A stretch of DNA of 64,000 bases from Candidatus Cloacimonadota bacterium (GCA_034722995.1 JAYEOL010000075.1:16924-80923); one strand, 5' to 3'; shown: positions 1-9,938, counted from the first letter of the stretch. Notes: generated from the letters alone by a model not told the origin. Numbers and translations are program-made.

Positions 1-3000
1 TAAGCCTTCCAAACTTGCTAAATTATTTTTTCTGACAAAGCGGTCAATCAATGATATGTCAGTCTCGCAATTTGCAAATGAATTGTTAAACAATTTAAAA
101 ATATTTTCAAATGAGTAAGGCTCAAACAGAAGGTTAAAAATATTGTCAAGCAGTGTGTAAATCGGACTGGATTTCAATTTTTTCCCTTTCGCAGTCTTAT
201 ATCTAATTCCATATTGAGGGAAAATGTTTTCTAAAATTGGAAAGTATTTTTTGTAGTCAGTAAGAACGATTTTGATTTCGTTTATATTTATTCCTTTTTT
301 TAGCAGTTGAAAAACTTTTTCTGCTGTCTGAATGATTTCATCCTGTTGGTTAATACAACTGCAACAGGATATTTCCACAGATAGATTATCTGAATCAGGG
401 ATTACTGAGAATGATTTAGCCTTACTTCTTATAAGGTCCAAAATTCTTCCCCATATTGGAAATTCATCAAAATAAAATTTTCCTAACAAATGAAAATCAG
501 TTTTTGATATTAATTCTGAATTTGAAAATAATAAATAGTAAATGTCATAAGCATTCTGCAGGTTGTGTGTTTCTAAATAATTATTATAGGAATTGTAAAG
601 AGTCCTGAAAAGTTTTGATGTTTTGTTCAAATCTTTGTCATTTTGATAAAATATTTCCATTGCTTGCTCAAAAGAATCCGTTATGCCCGGCAAATTTTTG
701 AGGCTAATTTTTGTATTTTCTTGAATTATTTTCTTTTGTATTAAATGGTTAGTTTTGTTATCAATAAGATTTGGAAGCGAACCCTGTAATAGATTAGTAA
801 GATAGTCCTGCACACGAAAAGCTCTGATATACGGTCTTTTGGTCATAGAATTTATTTCTCTTGCAATGCTACGATTAGGAGTAAGAATCACAAGATTGTT
901 TCCCGAGTATGAATCTGCCACAGAGTCACCACTTAAGGCTTTACCACGAGGCAAGTATTGGCACAAGGTTTTTTTCTTTACTTGAATATACTCTTTTCCT
1001 ATTTCTTTTGAAAAGTCAGGTAAACTTGAAAATGAAGAAGCGATATAATTTTTAATTAAATCTTCTAATATTTCATCCTTGGTTAGCTCAATGTTTTGGA
1101 ATTTGTTAAAATACGAATAATAAATTCTGGCAGAGGATACTTTTACACCAAATCTTTTTTTCAAAAGGTAGATATAAAACTGAATCTGGATATCATATCT
1201 ATGGAATTTTGTAATTGCTTCTGGCGAATTTCCATTGTTGGTTTTATAGTCAATAAGATGCCATTTGCACTGGTTATCCTGATATAGCAGGTCAATCTTT
1301 GCAGAGAGTTCCCAATAGATTCCATTTTTGGTTTGATTGGTATAACGCACTTCAAATTCAGGTAGTATTGTAAATTTCTCTTTTTGATTAAGAATGTTGA
1401 ACAGTTCAGAATTACGAACATTTTGTAAATGTTGGTTTAGTTCAGAAATATATATCTCAGGCTTTTTTACTTTCAATAAGTAGTTTAAATAGTTTTTTAT
1501 TTTGTCTTCATTTTCTGGATTGATTTCAAGAATGCCGAGTTGTAAAAGATAATGAAAAGCAGTGCCAAGTTTCGCAGAATCAATTATTGACCGAGTGTTG
1601 TCTGCCACTGCTGCTGCCTCTGCCACTGCTGCTGCCGCTGCCCCTGCATTAATAATGTCTGTTACAGAAAATTTTATTATTTTAGGAAATTGGAGAAATC
1701 TATCTTCTGGGGGCTCATAGTTAATTTTTTTTACATTGGAGATTACTTTTTTTTCTAATTTTTTTTCAATATTATAAGTCTTAATTAAGACAGGCAGATT
1801 ATTTTTGTCAATTACAGAAGATGAGATTTTCAAAGGTGAGTTCTGAGAATTTTCAGGGAAATCCAGATTTTCAATATCAAAGATATCAATCAAATATTCA
1901 TACCAGGTCTTTGCAGAATAGTCCATTACATTTTTTTTCTTTATTTTTCCATCAGTTTGACAGACAAAACAGAGTATAGATTGTGAGCGAGTGCAGGCAA
2001 CATAGAAAAGTCGCTTTCTTTCTGCTGATTCTTGGGCATCAATTTCAGATTTTATTTTATTTAAAATAACGGTTCGTTTTCCTTTATTAAAGTTATCATA
2101 AATACTCACCCCAAGTTCAATCTTACCATTAATCTTTTCAATAAGAAAGGGTTCCGCCAGTGAAAACTTTGGCTTGTGTGAAATATCAGGGATTATCACA
2201 ACTGGGAACTGAAGCCCTTTTGCTTGATGGATTGTCATAATTACTACTTCACTTTTTACAGGAATTTCTGAATAAGGTTCGCGTGTGTTTACTTCTATCT
2301 CTTCTGAAAGATATTTCAGAAAAACATAAATCCCTTTTCCATCTTTTGAAAATCTTGAAGCAATACTTTTGAGTTTTTCAAAATTTGCGAGTTTCTGCCC
2401 TTTTGAAGATTCTTCCAAAAAAGTATAGTCAAGAAACCTTTCTCTTTCAATGTATTCTAAGAATTTATCCAGAGGCATCTGAAAACAGAGATTCCTCCAG
2501 TTATTCAAGATATCAGGAACAGATTTATCAAAGTTTCTCAATTTTTGCAAAAATCCATCCCCATTCAGATGAGAAATCTTAAAAATATCATTATCAGAAA
2601 AGCAGAATAATGGTGAGCGAAGTATTCCCACAAGTGCAATCTCATCATTGGAATTAACTAAAAAGGATAAGAGATTAAATATGTCATAGACTTCCTGGGT
2701 TTGAAAGAATCCAGTTCCCCCAATCAATTCACAATCAATTCCAATTGTCCTTAATATATGTTGATAGATAACAAATTTTCTCCTTGAGTCAACTAAAATA
2801 GCAAAGAAAGGTTTTTTGGTTGAACTGGTTGAACTGGGCAACTGGTTTAACTGATTCAACTGATTTAACCGATTCAACCATTTCATTTGTATTTCAGGCT
2901 TGAATTTTTGATACTCTTGTATTTTGCTTCCTACTAACTGAGCTTCTATGCATGTATTTTCATAATCGGTTGCAGATTCATCTTTTCTCATTAGAGCAAC

Positions 3001-4548
3001 ATCAACGAATCCCGGGAATTGGTTCTCTGCTTTCGATTCTGCAATCTGAAGTTCTGCTTCAAAATCAAATTCCTTCTTGGTTGGGAATACTTTTTTAAAC
3101 ATAAAATTGAAGCATTTAACAAGATTTGTATTTGAGCGGTAATTATCAGAGATGTTAAAGATTTGTTCTTTTGGAATTTTGGTTTCTTTTTTTGCTTTTT
3201 GAATAACAGTTATATCACTTCCACGAAAACGATAAATGGATTGTTTTTCATCATAAACTAAGAAAATTTTCTTCTTACTCAATTGTCCGTTTTTTTCTGT
3301 TGAAAGAAGTTTTATCAATTCCCATTGCGGATAATTTGTATCTTGAAATTCATCAACTAAGATGTATTGGAATTGGTTAGCCAATTTTTTACGAATATTT
3401 TCTTTTTGGTTAAGTAATCTGATGGTTTTCTGGAGAATGTCCTCATACTCAAATTTTTGATTTATCTGCTTCCAATCTGACGATTTTTTTGCTACTTTTT
3501 CAAAGATTGGACAAAGATTTGATATTAGAATACTTGCCTGTTTATCAGTTTCAGAATGCAGCAATTTTATGTTCTTATAAGGAAAATTTTCCTCTAATTT
3601 TTGTGCTATTTTCTGTAATTTAATATTCTTATATAGACCTAAAAGTCCTGCTTCTTCCCAGACACTTTTTTTACCCAATTGGTGAGAACTTGTAAAAGTA
3701 TAATATTTGTCCTTATTTCCCAATTCTTTTAAAATTCTTTTAAGAATACTTTGTTTTTCTAAATTTAAAGTATTGGCTGTAACTTTTTTTAAATCATTAA
3801 AAGTATTTTTACAGATATCTATAATAGGGGAATTTATCTTCAGAGAGGCATATTTTGCAAAGAATTCGCTTTTGTTTTTGAGGAAAGCAATAAAGGAATC
3901 AACATTTTCAGGAGAGTTGTTATTTAACGAGTCCTGTGAAATTTCTGATAGAGATTTGTTTTTCAGTTTTTTAGAATATTCTTTAAACTTGTAAAAATTA
4001 TTCAGAGCATATTTTAGAAATAATCTAATCTTGTTTCCATCCCAGAATTGCAAAATATTTTTGAGTTCATTATTTTGAGAAATGGCAATGTCTTTTAAAA
4101 GTTTGTTTATTATTTCATTTTTGATTTGGGTTGATTCACTTTCAGTAAGAATGTCATAATTTGGGTCTATTTTAGCTTTAAGTGGATGTTGACGCACAAT
4201 TTTTGAGCAGAATGCATCTATGGTGGAGATATAGTTTTTTGGAAACTCTTCAAGTATTATTTCTTTTTCATCCAGGGTTATATTTTTGAAATTATATTTC
4301 TGTTCCTCATTTGTATTCCCGGATATTTTATCAAAAATCCTTCGTTTCATTTCTGCGGCAGCTTTCTGTGTAAATGTGATTACTAAAATATTTTCAATAC
4401 CATACGAAAGTTTTTTCTTTGCGAAAAAGTCCAGAATTTCGCAGAAGCGGTCTGTAAGCAGAGTTGTTTTGCCAGCACCTGCGCCTGCTGTAATAAATGT
4501 ATTGGTTGAAATATCTAATTCTTTTTTAGGAGAGATTTGTTTTTTCAT
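1..4548 (-). CDS. AddA/UvrD-like ATP-dependent helicase with C-terminal PD-(D/E)XK (RecB-type) nuclease; 3' end runs off window (>1515 aa). Not in ORF track because no stop in window
   Basis: Translated by hand from the ATG at 4546-4548 (minus) with no stop to position 1. N-term Walker A 'TFITAGAGAGKTTLLTDRF', then 'ILVITFTQKAAAEMKRRI' (UvrD motifs I/Ia). 'VDEFQDT' motif II. C-term 'IDLLYQDNQCKWHLIDYKTN' (RecB-family nuclease motif). Low-complexity inserts: AAAVAEAAAVA and QLNQLNQLNQL. Confidence 0.8.
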   Translation of the reverse strand, partial: MKKQISPKKELDISTNTFITAGAGAGKTTLLTDRFCEILDFFAKKKLSYGIENILVITFTQKAAAEMKRRIFDKISGNTNEEQKYNFKNITLDEKEIILEEFPKNYISTIDAFCSKIVRQHPLKAKIDPNYDILTESESTQIKNEIINKLLKDIAISQNNELKNILQFWDGNKIRLFLKYALNNFYKFKEYSKKLKNKSLSEISQDSLNNNSPENVDSFIAFLKNKSEFFAKYASLKINSPIIDICKNTFNDLKKVTANTLNLEKQSILKRILKELGNKDKYYTFTSSHQLGKKSVWEEAGLLGLYKNIKLQKIAQKLEENFPYKNIKLLHSETDKQASILISNLCPIFEKVAKKSSDWKQINQKFEYEDILQKTIRLLNQKENIRKKLANQFQYILVDEFQDTNYPQWELIKLLSTEKNGQLSKKKIFLVYDEKQSIYRFRGSDITVIQKAKKETKIPKEQIFNISDNYRSNTNLVKCFNFMFKKVFPTKKEFDFEAELQIAESKAENQFPGFVDVALMRKDESATDYENTCIEAQLVGSKIQEYQKFKPEIQMKWLNRLNQLNQLNQLPSSTSSTKKPFFAILVDSRRKFVIYQHILRTIGIDCELIGGTGFFQTQEVYDIFNLLSFLVNSNDEIALVGILRSPLFCFSDNDIFKISHLNGDGFLQKLRNFDKSVPDILNNWRNLCFQMPLDKFLEYIERERFLDYTFLEESSKGQKLANFEKLKSIASRFSKDGKGIYVFLKYLSEEIEVNTREPYSEIPVKSEVVIMTIHQAKGLQFPVVIIPDISHKPKFSLAEPFLIEKINGKIELGVSIYDNFNKGKRTVILNKIKSEIDAQESAERKRLFYVACTRSQSILCFVCQTDGKIKKKNVMDYSAKTWYEYLIDIFDIENLDFPENSQNSPLKISSSVIDKNNLPVLIKTYNIEKKLEKKVISNVKKINYEPPEDRFLQFPKIIKFSVTDIINAGAAAAAVAEAAAVADNTRSIIDSAKLGTAFHYLLQLGILEINPENEDKIKNYLNYLLKVKKPEIYISELNQHLQNVRNSELFNILNQKEKFTILPEFEVRYTNQTKNGIYWELSAKIDLLYQDNQCKWHLIDYKTNNGNSPEAITKFHRYDIQIQFYIYLLKKRFGVKVSSARIYYSYFNKFQNIELTKDEILEDLIKNYIASSFSSLPDFSKEIGKEYIQVKKKTLCQYLPRGKALSGDSVADSYSGNNLVILTPNRSIAREINSMTKRPYIRAFRVQDYLTNLLQGSLPNLIDNKTNHLIQKKIIQENTKISLKNLPGITDSFEQAMEIFYQNDKDLNKTSKLFRTLYNSYNNYLETHNLQNAYDIYYLLFSNSELISKTDFHLLGKFYFDEFPIWGRILDLIRSKAKSFSVIPDSDNLSVEISCCSCINQQDEIIQTAEKVFQLLKKGININEIKIVLTDYKKYFPILENIFPQYGIRYKTAKGKKLKSSPIYTLLDNIFNLLFEPYSFENIFKLFNNSFANCETDISLIDRFVRKNNLASLEGL

Positions 4549-4577
4549 GAATTTATTTTTTATATTTTGGGAGTGGA

Positions 4578-4690
4578 TTTTTACACACCCCGTCATTCCG
4601 ATAATATCGGAATGCCACCCCTCTCCAGAGGGGATTTTTGGAATTCCCCTCTATCAAGAGGGGTGCCCTTTAGGGCGGGGTGTGTTACAT
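4578..4690. repeat. MITE-like hairpin element copy 1 (TIR ACACACCCC...GGGGTGTGT; internal hairpins TTCCGATAATATCGGAA, CCCCTCTCCAGAGGGG, CCCCTCTATCAAGAGGGG)
   Basis: Inverted terminal 9-10-mers and three internal perfect palindromes read directly. GC-rich in AT-rich context. Second copy at 5068-5178. Confidence 0.7.
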
Positions 4691-5053
4691 TCTATCTTTT
4701 TCATATTCCTCAATCCAATTTTCAATAGAAGCCAAAACATCTTTCATATTCCTTTTTATATCAATATCTTTAAACCGTAAAAAATGAAATCCTAATGATT
4801 TCAATCTATCCTGTCTTTTTACATCTTTATTTCCTTTATAAATATGACTTTCTCCGTCAATTTCTATTATCAATTTCAATTTAGGGCAGAAGAAATCTAC
4901 AATATAATTATCAATAGGTTTTTGACGATGAAAATCGTAGTCTTTCATTTTCTTTTGCTTGAGCTGATTCCATAAAAGAACTTCTGATAGAGGCATATTT
5001 TTACGAAGTTTTCTTGCAAGTTCTTTTAGCTTGGAATTGTAATATACTTTCAT
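4685..5053 (-). CDS. DUF559 / Vsr-like endonuclease-domain protein (122 aa)
   Basis: 'LLWNQLKQKK...FHRQKPIDNYIVDFFCPKLKLIIEIDGESH...RQDRLKSLGFHFLRFKDIDI' matches the DUF559 pattern (LW..LR...F.RQ.PI..YI.DF.C...KL.IE.DG..H...D..R...L...G..VLRF). Confidence 0.65.
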   Translation of the reverse strand: MKVYYNSKLKELARKLRKNMPLSEVLLWNQLKQKKMKDYDFHRQKPIDNYIVDFFCPKLKLIIEIDGESHIYKGNKDVKRQDRLKSLGFHFLRFKDIDIKRNMKDVLASIENWIEEYEKDRM

Positions 5054-5067
5054 TTTTTCTATGTCTT

Positions 5068-5178
5068 TTTACACACCCCACGGATAAATCCGTACCCCTC
5101 TTATTAGAGGGGATTTTTCCTGAATTCCCCTCTAATAAGAGGGGTGGACTCCGATGAAATCGGAGGACGGGGTGTGTT
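5068..5178. repeat. MITE-like hairpin element copy 2 (same TIRs; hairpins ACGGATAAATCCGT, CCCCTCTTATTAGAGGGG, CCCCTCTAATAAGAGGGG, CTCCGATGAAATCGGAG)
   Basis: Same TIR and architecture as 4578-4690, in the same orientation. Together they bracket the DUF559 gene. Confidence 0.7.
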
Positions 5179-5188
5179 CATTGGTGTG

Positions 5189-8083
5189 TTATTCACTGCT
5201 TTCCACAATCCTTATCTCTTCCTTACTCAATCCATACAATTCATAAACCAACTTATCAATCTTCCTGTCCAAAATATCTATCTTTTGTTTGAAGAGCTTT
5301 TTGTCTCTTTCTATCTTTGCTGAATGAAATTGCTTTTGTGCAGAAAGCATCTGTTCAACAAGGGAAACAAGTGTGTCATGAAGTTTCTTTTCTGATGGAT
5401 TGGAAAAATCAATTCTTCTTATAGGTATAGAAAGGATAGCTTTCTTTTTTATTTTTGGAAAAATTCTCTTCTCATCAAAATGGCTTTTTAACCAGTAATA
5501 TTCTATTAATTTTGAATTAATAATTCCCAAAAAGTAATAAAGGGAATATTCAATATTTGGTTTTATATAAATGTTATAAATTGTATTTAGTGCAAAAATA
5601 TTATCAGGAATAATAGTTGCAATTGGTACAGTTCCTATTTGTCTAATTCCGATTCTTTTTTGTTTATATACATTTTCGTTTCCACCGCTTTTAATCGCAC
5701 TTGAAATAAATTTTACAAATTCTTGATAAGGTCTTAAATAATACTTCTCAATATTTTTACCGTCAACAACAGGTTTATAAGTTTTATCAATCTGTGAATT
5801 TGAAACATATTTTTTTCTATCAAAAGTTTGTATTCCAAAATATGCTTTACAATAAGTTTCTAATTTTTCAGCACCTCTTTTAATTTTGTTAATTAATAAA
5901 TTTGCTTCTTGATCTAAAGCAATGTTGAATAAATAATGTTCATCTTGGCAAAAAGTAGATTGTTTAATTGTTCTTATTTTTTCAGGATAAAATGCTTCTT
6001 TTGACTCAGAAATAATAATTAAATTATTAGAAGAGGGACTCTTTACTTTTTTAAATATACTAATGCATACATCCACACTTGCTGATGGAAAAACAGAATA
6101 ATGTAATAAAAGAATATCTTTGATTTCGGTAGTGTTTAGAATAAATTTTCTCAAAGGTTCAGAATGTATATTTTTTAAGTAGGTATTAGGTGTTATGTAA
6201 CCGAAAAATCCATTATTCTTTAATAATTTTATTGAATGTTCAATAAAAAGTTGATAGGTATCTATTTTGTAAATTGCACTTTCATATCTCTTATAAGTAT
6301 ATTCAAAAACCGTTTTATTTTCCATGTTTTGCAATAACACATAAGGTGGATTCCCAATCACTACATCAAAACCGATAACATCCCCCTGTTTCGCTTCGCT
6401 CAACTTTCCCCCTTTATTAAGGGGGATTTTGTGCTGGTGCTTTTTATTTTGTGGTTTGAATATTTGTGGAAATTCCTTTTCCCAATCAAAAGCATTTATC
6501 TTTCTCATCTTTTCATTTCCAAACAGGGGCATATCAACATTATCGTAATAATCAGTGCCAATCAAACTATTTCCGCATTTTATATTATTGCTCAAATTCG
6601 GTAATGCTCTTTCGTGAAATAATTGAAGTGTCTTACCAAGAGTTTCTTTATTCTCACCTTGAAGAACTTTTAGAAGTAAAGATAATTTTGTTACTTCAAC
6701 TGCTTGTGGGTCAATGTCCACGCCATAAATATTGTTCAGTAGAATTCGTTTTTTCTCTTGTGTTGTCAATTGGTAACTATCCTCAGAAATTTGGATAATT
6801 TTATCTCTATATTTTTTCGGGTCTTTTTGATAAAATTCTAAATGATAATTTAGCAGATATTGATATGCTTGGATAAGAAAACTACCAGAACCACAGGCAG
6901 GGTCACAGATTGTAATTTTAGAGATTTGTCGTGGTGTCTTGCCTTTTATTTTTTTGCCAACCGTATTTTTCACGATGTAATCAACAATGTATTTTGGTGT
7001 ATAATAAACGCCCCCAGCTTTGCGAACCTCTGGCTTTTCCTCAACTTTTGCATAATGTGAAGGTGTAAGCCGTATAGTTTTGCCAAGAAATTGCTCATAA
7101 ATATTTCCAAGAATATCTGCGGGTAGAACAGAAAATTCATACGGACTTTCTGGATAATAAAGATACATTAAAATGGATTTTAAGACCTTGTCATCAATAT
7201 TGATATTGGGAGAAATTTTATCTTTCTGAAAATCAAAGATTCCACTATTATATTTATCATCTGCAATTTTAAATAGATGAAAGAGATTTCTGTAAATATG
7301 CTTTTTCTCGGCAAGTTTGTATAAATTGCGATAATCTTCAACTCCTCTATCTTCAGCGATTCTTAAGAAAATAATTCTATCAATTGTGAGTTGAACGAGG
7401 AAATTTAATTCAAAGATAGATAGGTTTTTATTTCTCAAAGCGATATTACGAGCAAGTATATCACGCCATCTTTCAATCTCTTTGAGAAATTCTTTGTCAA
7501 CTTCAGAAGTTCCTCTCTTTTTTGCTGTAGAAGAAATGTATTTGTCAAAACTTCCTTTTAGAATTGCTTCTTTGGAAAAGGTACTATTGATAAACTCCAA
7601 ATCCTTCAAATACTTATCATAGGTTTGGTAATAGATACACGCAACACTTGCTTTATCATTCTGATTTGGTTTTATTCTGCAATCATAAACCGAGAATTCT
7701 TCAAAGTCTGTAAGAATAGAAATTGGCAGTTTAGCACTCCATGCATATCGTCGCAATTGATATGAGGGATGTATGTCATATTTTATATCAACGGCAGGTT
7801 TTTTTGCTTCAACAAAGAATTTACGCATTCCACCAATACGGAACGAGTAATCGGGAGCTTTTGTTGCTCCGCTGATTTTGATTGCATCTTCGTGGACAAC
7901 TTCTTTATATTGTTCGGCAAAACCTTGTTTGTTTTCCACATCCCATCCAAGTGCAGAAAAGAATGGGTCAAGGAATTCTCTGCGGAGTTGGGTTTCGTTA
8001 TATTTTGGATTTTTGTATATTTCTTTATTTCTGTGAAAGCGGTTAATTAAATCAGAGACTGCTTTTTTTATGTTTTCTTTCAT
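5189..8083 (-). CDS. Type IIG restriction-modification enzyme, MmeI-like (fused PD-ExK endonuclease + N6-adenine MTase + TRD), 964 aa
   Basis: N-term 'ETQLRREFLDPFFSALGW' and 'APDYSF...RKFFVEAKKP' (D...EXK like MmeI D70/E80/K82). MTase motif I 'DPACGSGSFL'. Motif IV 'VIGNPPYV'. Size fits the MmeI family. Confidence 0.75.
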   Translation of the reverse strand: MKENIKKAVSDLINRFHRNKEIYKNPKYNETQLRREFLDPFFSALGWDVENKQGFAEQYKEVVHEDAIKISGATKAPDYSFRIGGMRKFFVEAKKPAVDIKYDIHPSYQLRRYAWSAKLPISILTDFEEFSVYDCRIKPNQNDKASVACIYYQTYDKYLKDLEFINSTFSKEAILKGSFDKYISSTAKKRGTSEVDKEFLKEIERWRDILARNIALRNKNLSIFELNFLVQLTIDRIIFLRIAEDRGVEDYRNLYKLAEKKHIYRNLFHLFKIADDKYNSGIFDFQKDKISPNINIDDKVLKSILMYLYYPESPYEFSVLPADILGNIYEQFLGKTIRLTPSHYAKVEEKPEVRKAGGVYYTPKYIVDYIVKNTVGKKIKGKTPRQISKITICDPACGSGSFLIQAYQYLLNYHLEFYQKDPKKYRDKIIQISEDSYQLTTQEKKRILLNNIYGVDIDPQAVEVTKLSLLLKVLQGENKETLGKTLQLFHERALPNLSNNIKCGNSLIGTDYYDNVDMPLFGNEKMRKINAFDWEKEFPQIFKPQNKKHQHKIPLNKGGKLSEAKQGDVIGFDVVIGNPPYVLLQNMENKTVFEYTYKRYESAIYKIDTYQLFIEHSIKLLKNNGFFGYITPNTYLKNIHSEPLRKFILNTTEIKDILLLHYSVFPSASVDVCISIFKKVKSPSSNNLIIISESKEAFYPEKIRTIKQSTFCQDEHYLFNIALDQEANLLINKIKRGAEKLETYCKAYFGIQTFDRKKYVSNSQIDKTYKPVVDGKNIEKYYLRPYQEFVKFISSAIKSGGNENVYKQKRIGIRQIGTVPIATIIPDNIFALNTIYNIYIKPNIEYSLYYFLGIINSKLIEYYWLKSHFDEKRIFPKIKKKAILSIPIRRIDFSNPSEKKLHDTLVSLVEQMLSAQKQFHSAKIERDKKLFKQKIDILDRKIDKLVYELYGLSKEEIRIVESSE

Positions 8084-8314
8084 AATTTTGCTCTTTATTT
8101 TCTTGTTTTGCTTTATTACATATTCTATCCTGTGTAATATAAAACGCTTGGGAGGCGAAATGTTTTATATTCCACCGAGCTATTACACGGGTCAAGACAA
8201 ATCACATCTGTAATGGTTATGTCCCTGACATTACCGTCATATTTTGGCTGTTTCGGGGACACAACTCCACATTAAAAAAATTTTAATCTTTTCAAAATCA
8301 TAACAATATTATCT

Positions 8315-9892
8315 TTAATCTTTGACAAACCTTCCAATAAAAGAATCCAATATCTTTCGTGCGGATTCTACTTTCAATACCTTCAAACCGATTAAATAAA
8401 TTATAAAAGAAATTATAAGAATAATTACTATTTTAATTAATAAATATAATCTACCCGCCATCCCAATAGAAATTCGTAAATGAACAAGATAGTAATCAAC
8501 AAATCCAATAATAACTGATATTAAAGCAATTTTTAGAAAATTAACAAACAATTGTTTAAAATCAACTTGACCAATTTTTTTTTCTAATGTAAAGAATAAA
8601 ATGGTTGCTTGAATCGTAGCTGCAATGGAAGTCGCAAGAGCCAATCCACGCAATTGAAGAAATTGCATTAAAATAACATTTAAAATTATATTACATATAA
8701 CTGCAATGATAGAAATTTTTACAGGAGTTTTTGTATCTTTTAATGCAAAAAATGCAGATGCAAATACCCTGACTAAACTGTGTGATATCAAACCTATTGA
8801 ATAGAAAGCAAGTGCGTAGAATGTCATATTAAGGGCTGTTTCATCAAAAGCACCATGAAGGTAAATAAAAGAAATCATATCTTTGCCCATTACAAGAATC
8901 AAGGCAATTATTGGAAGCATAATAATCAAAATCAGATCAAAGGCATCTTGAATGGACTTTTTCAACTCTGATATATTATTATAAGCTGTATGTTTGGAAA
9001 AAAGAGGAAGAACAGCTACACCAATGGCAATACCGAAAACACCTAATGGCAATTGCATCAACCTGTTTCCATATTGCAAAGCAGCTACACTCCCGGTGAT
9101 TAATAATGATGCAAGAATTGTATCTACAACAACATTTACCTCACGAATTCCTAAACCAACAATGCAAGGAATCATCCTTTTCCAAACGGTTTTCAATTCT
9201 TTCTGTTTGAGATTTATATAGAACTTTGCTCTGTATCCAATCTTTCTTATTAATGAATAATTAGCAATAAGCTGACAAACTCCACCTAATAAAACTCCAA
9301 GAGCAAAAACATAAGCCTTGTCGGTGATACTGGATTCAGTTACCAAAGCATACACAATTACAGGAATTATAATCCCAAAATTTAGCATCATCGGAGAAAG
9401 TGAAGGTAAGAAAAAAACAGAATGTGCATTCAAAATGGCTATAATAACTGAAGTCAAGCCGATCAAAAAGAGGTATGGGAAAAGAATTTGTGTTAGTTTT
9501 GCGGTTAACATTTTTGCTTGTAGTTCAAATCCTGGTGCAATGATTTTAACTATTAAAGGAGCTAAAACAATTCCAATTCCCACAAATATTATAAGGACAA
9601 TTACTAAAATTGAGAACAGATTGACAGCAAATTGAATTGCTTGCGCTTTAGATTGCTTTTCTTTTATTTCTGTATAAAGGGGGATAAATGACGCAGCAAG
9701 AGCACCTTCACCAAAAAGACCTCTTAACATATTGGGAATTACAAAGGCAACGCTAAAACTGTCCGCAATCCATGTAGTCCCTAAAAAATGTGTTAAGACA
9801 ATATCGCGGAAAAGCCCGGAAATACGACTTAGAAAAGTGCCACTGGATATCTTACTAACATTCTTGGTTAAATTATCTTTTTTATCTTGCAT
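8315..9892 (-). CDS. murJ: Lipid II flippase MurJ (MviN)
   Basis: 525 aa polytopic protein. N-term 'RISGLFRDIVLTHFLGTTWIADSFSVAFVIPNMLRGLFGEGALAASFIPLY' is canonical MurJ. Confidence 0.9.
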   Translation of the reverse strand: MQDKKDNLTKNVSKISSGTFLSRISGLFRDIVLTHFLGTTWIADSFSVAFVIPNMLRGLFGEGALAASFIPLYTEIKEKQSKAQAIQFAVNLFSILVIVLIIFVGIGIVLAPLIVKIIAPGFELQAKMLTAKLTQILFPYLFLIGLTSVIIAILNAHSVFFLPSLSPMMLNFGIIIPVIVYALVTESSITDKAYVFALGVLLGGVCQLIANYSLIRKIGYRAKFYINLKQKELKTVWKRMIPCIVGLGIREVNVVVDTILASLLITGSVAALQYGNRLMQLPLGVFGIAIGVAVLPLFSKHTAYNNISELKKSIQDAFDLILIIMLPIIALILVMGKDMISFIYLHGAFDETALNMTFYALAFYSIGLISHSLVRVFASAFFALKDTKTPVKISIIAVICNIILNVILMQFLQLRGLALATSIAATIQATILFFTLEKKIGQVDFKQLFVNFLKIALISVIIGFVDYYLVHLRISIGMAGRLYLLIKIVIILIISFIIYLIGLKVLKVESARKILDSFIGRFVKD

Positions 9893-9938
9893 CTAATATT
9901 AAGCAATAAATCCTATTCTAAATGGATTTTTTAAGTCC

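Noticed and set aside
4286-4780. Plus-strand ORFs 4286-4780 and 4537-4728 (164 and 63 aa)
   Set aside because: They overlap the helicase start and run through the MITE-like hairpin element. They have low-complexity composition and no RBS, so they are spurious.
5189-8083. Type IIG enzyme as BREX PglX
   Set aside because: A PD-ExK nuclease motif is present at the N-terminus (MmeI-like), and no brxA/B/C, pglZ or brxL genes are nearby in the window.
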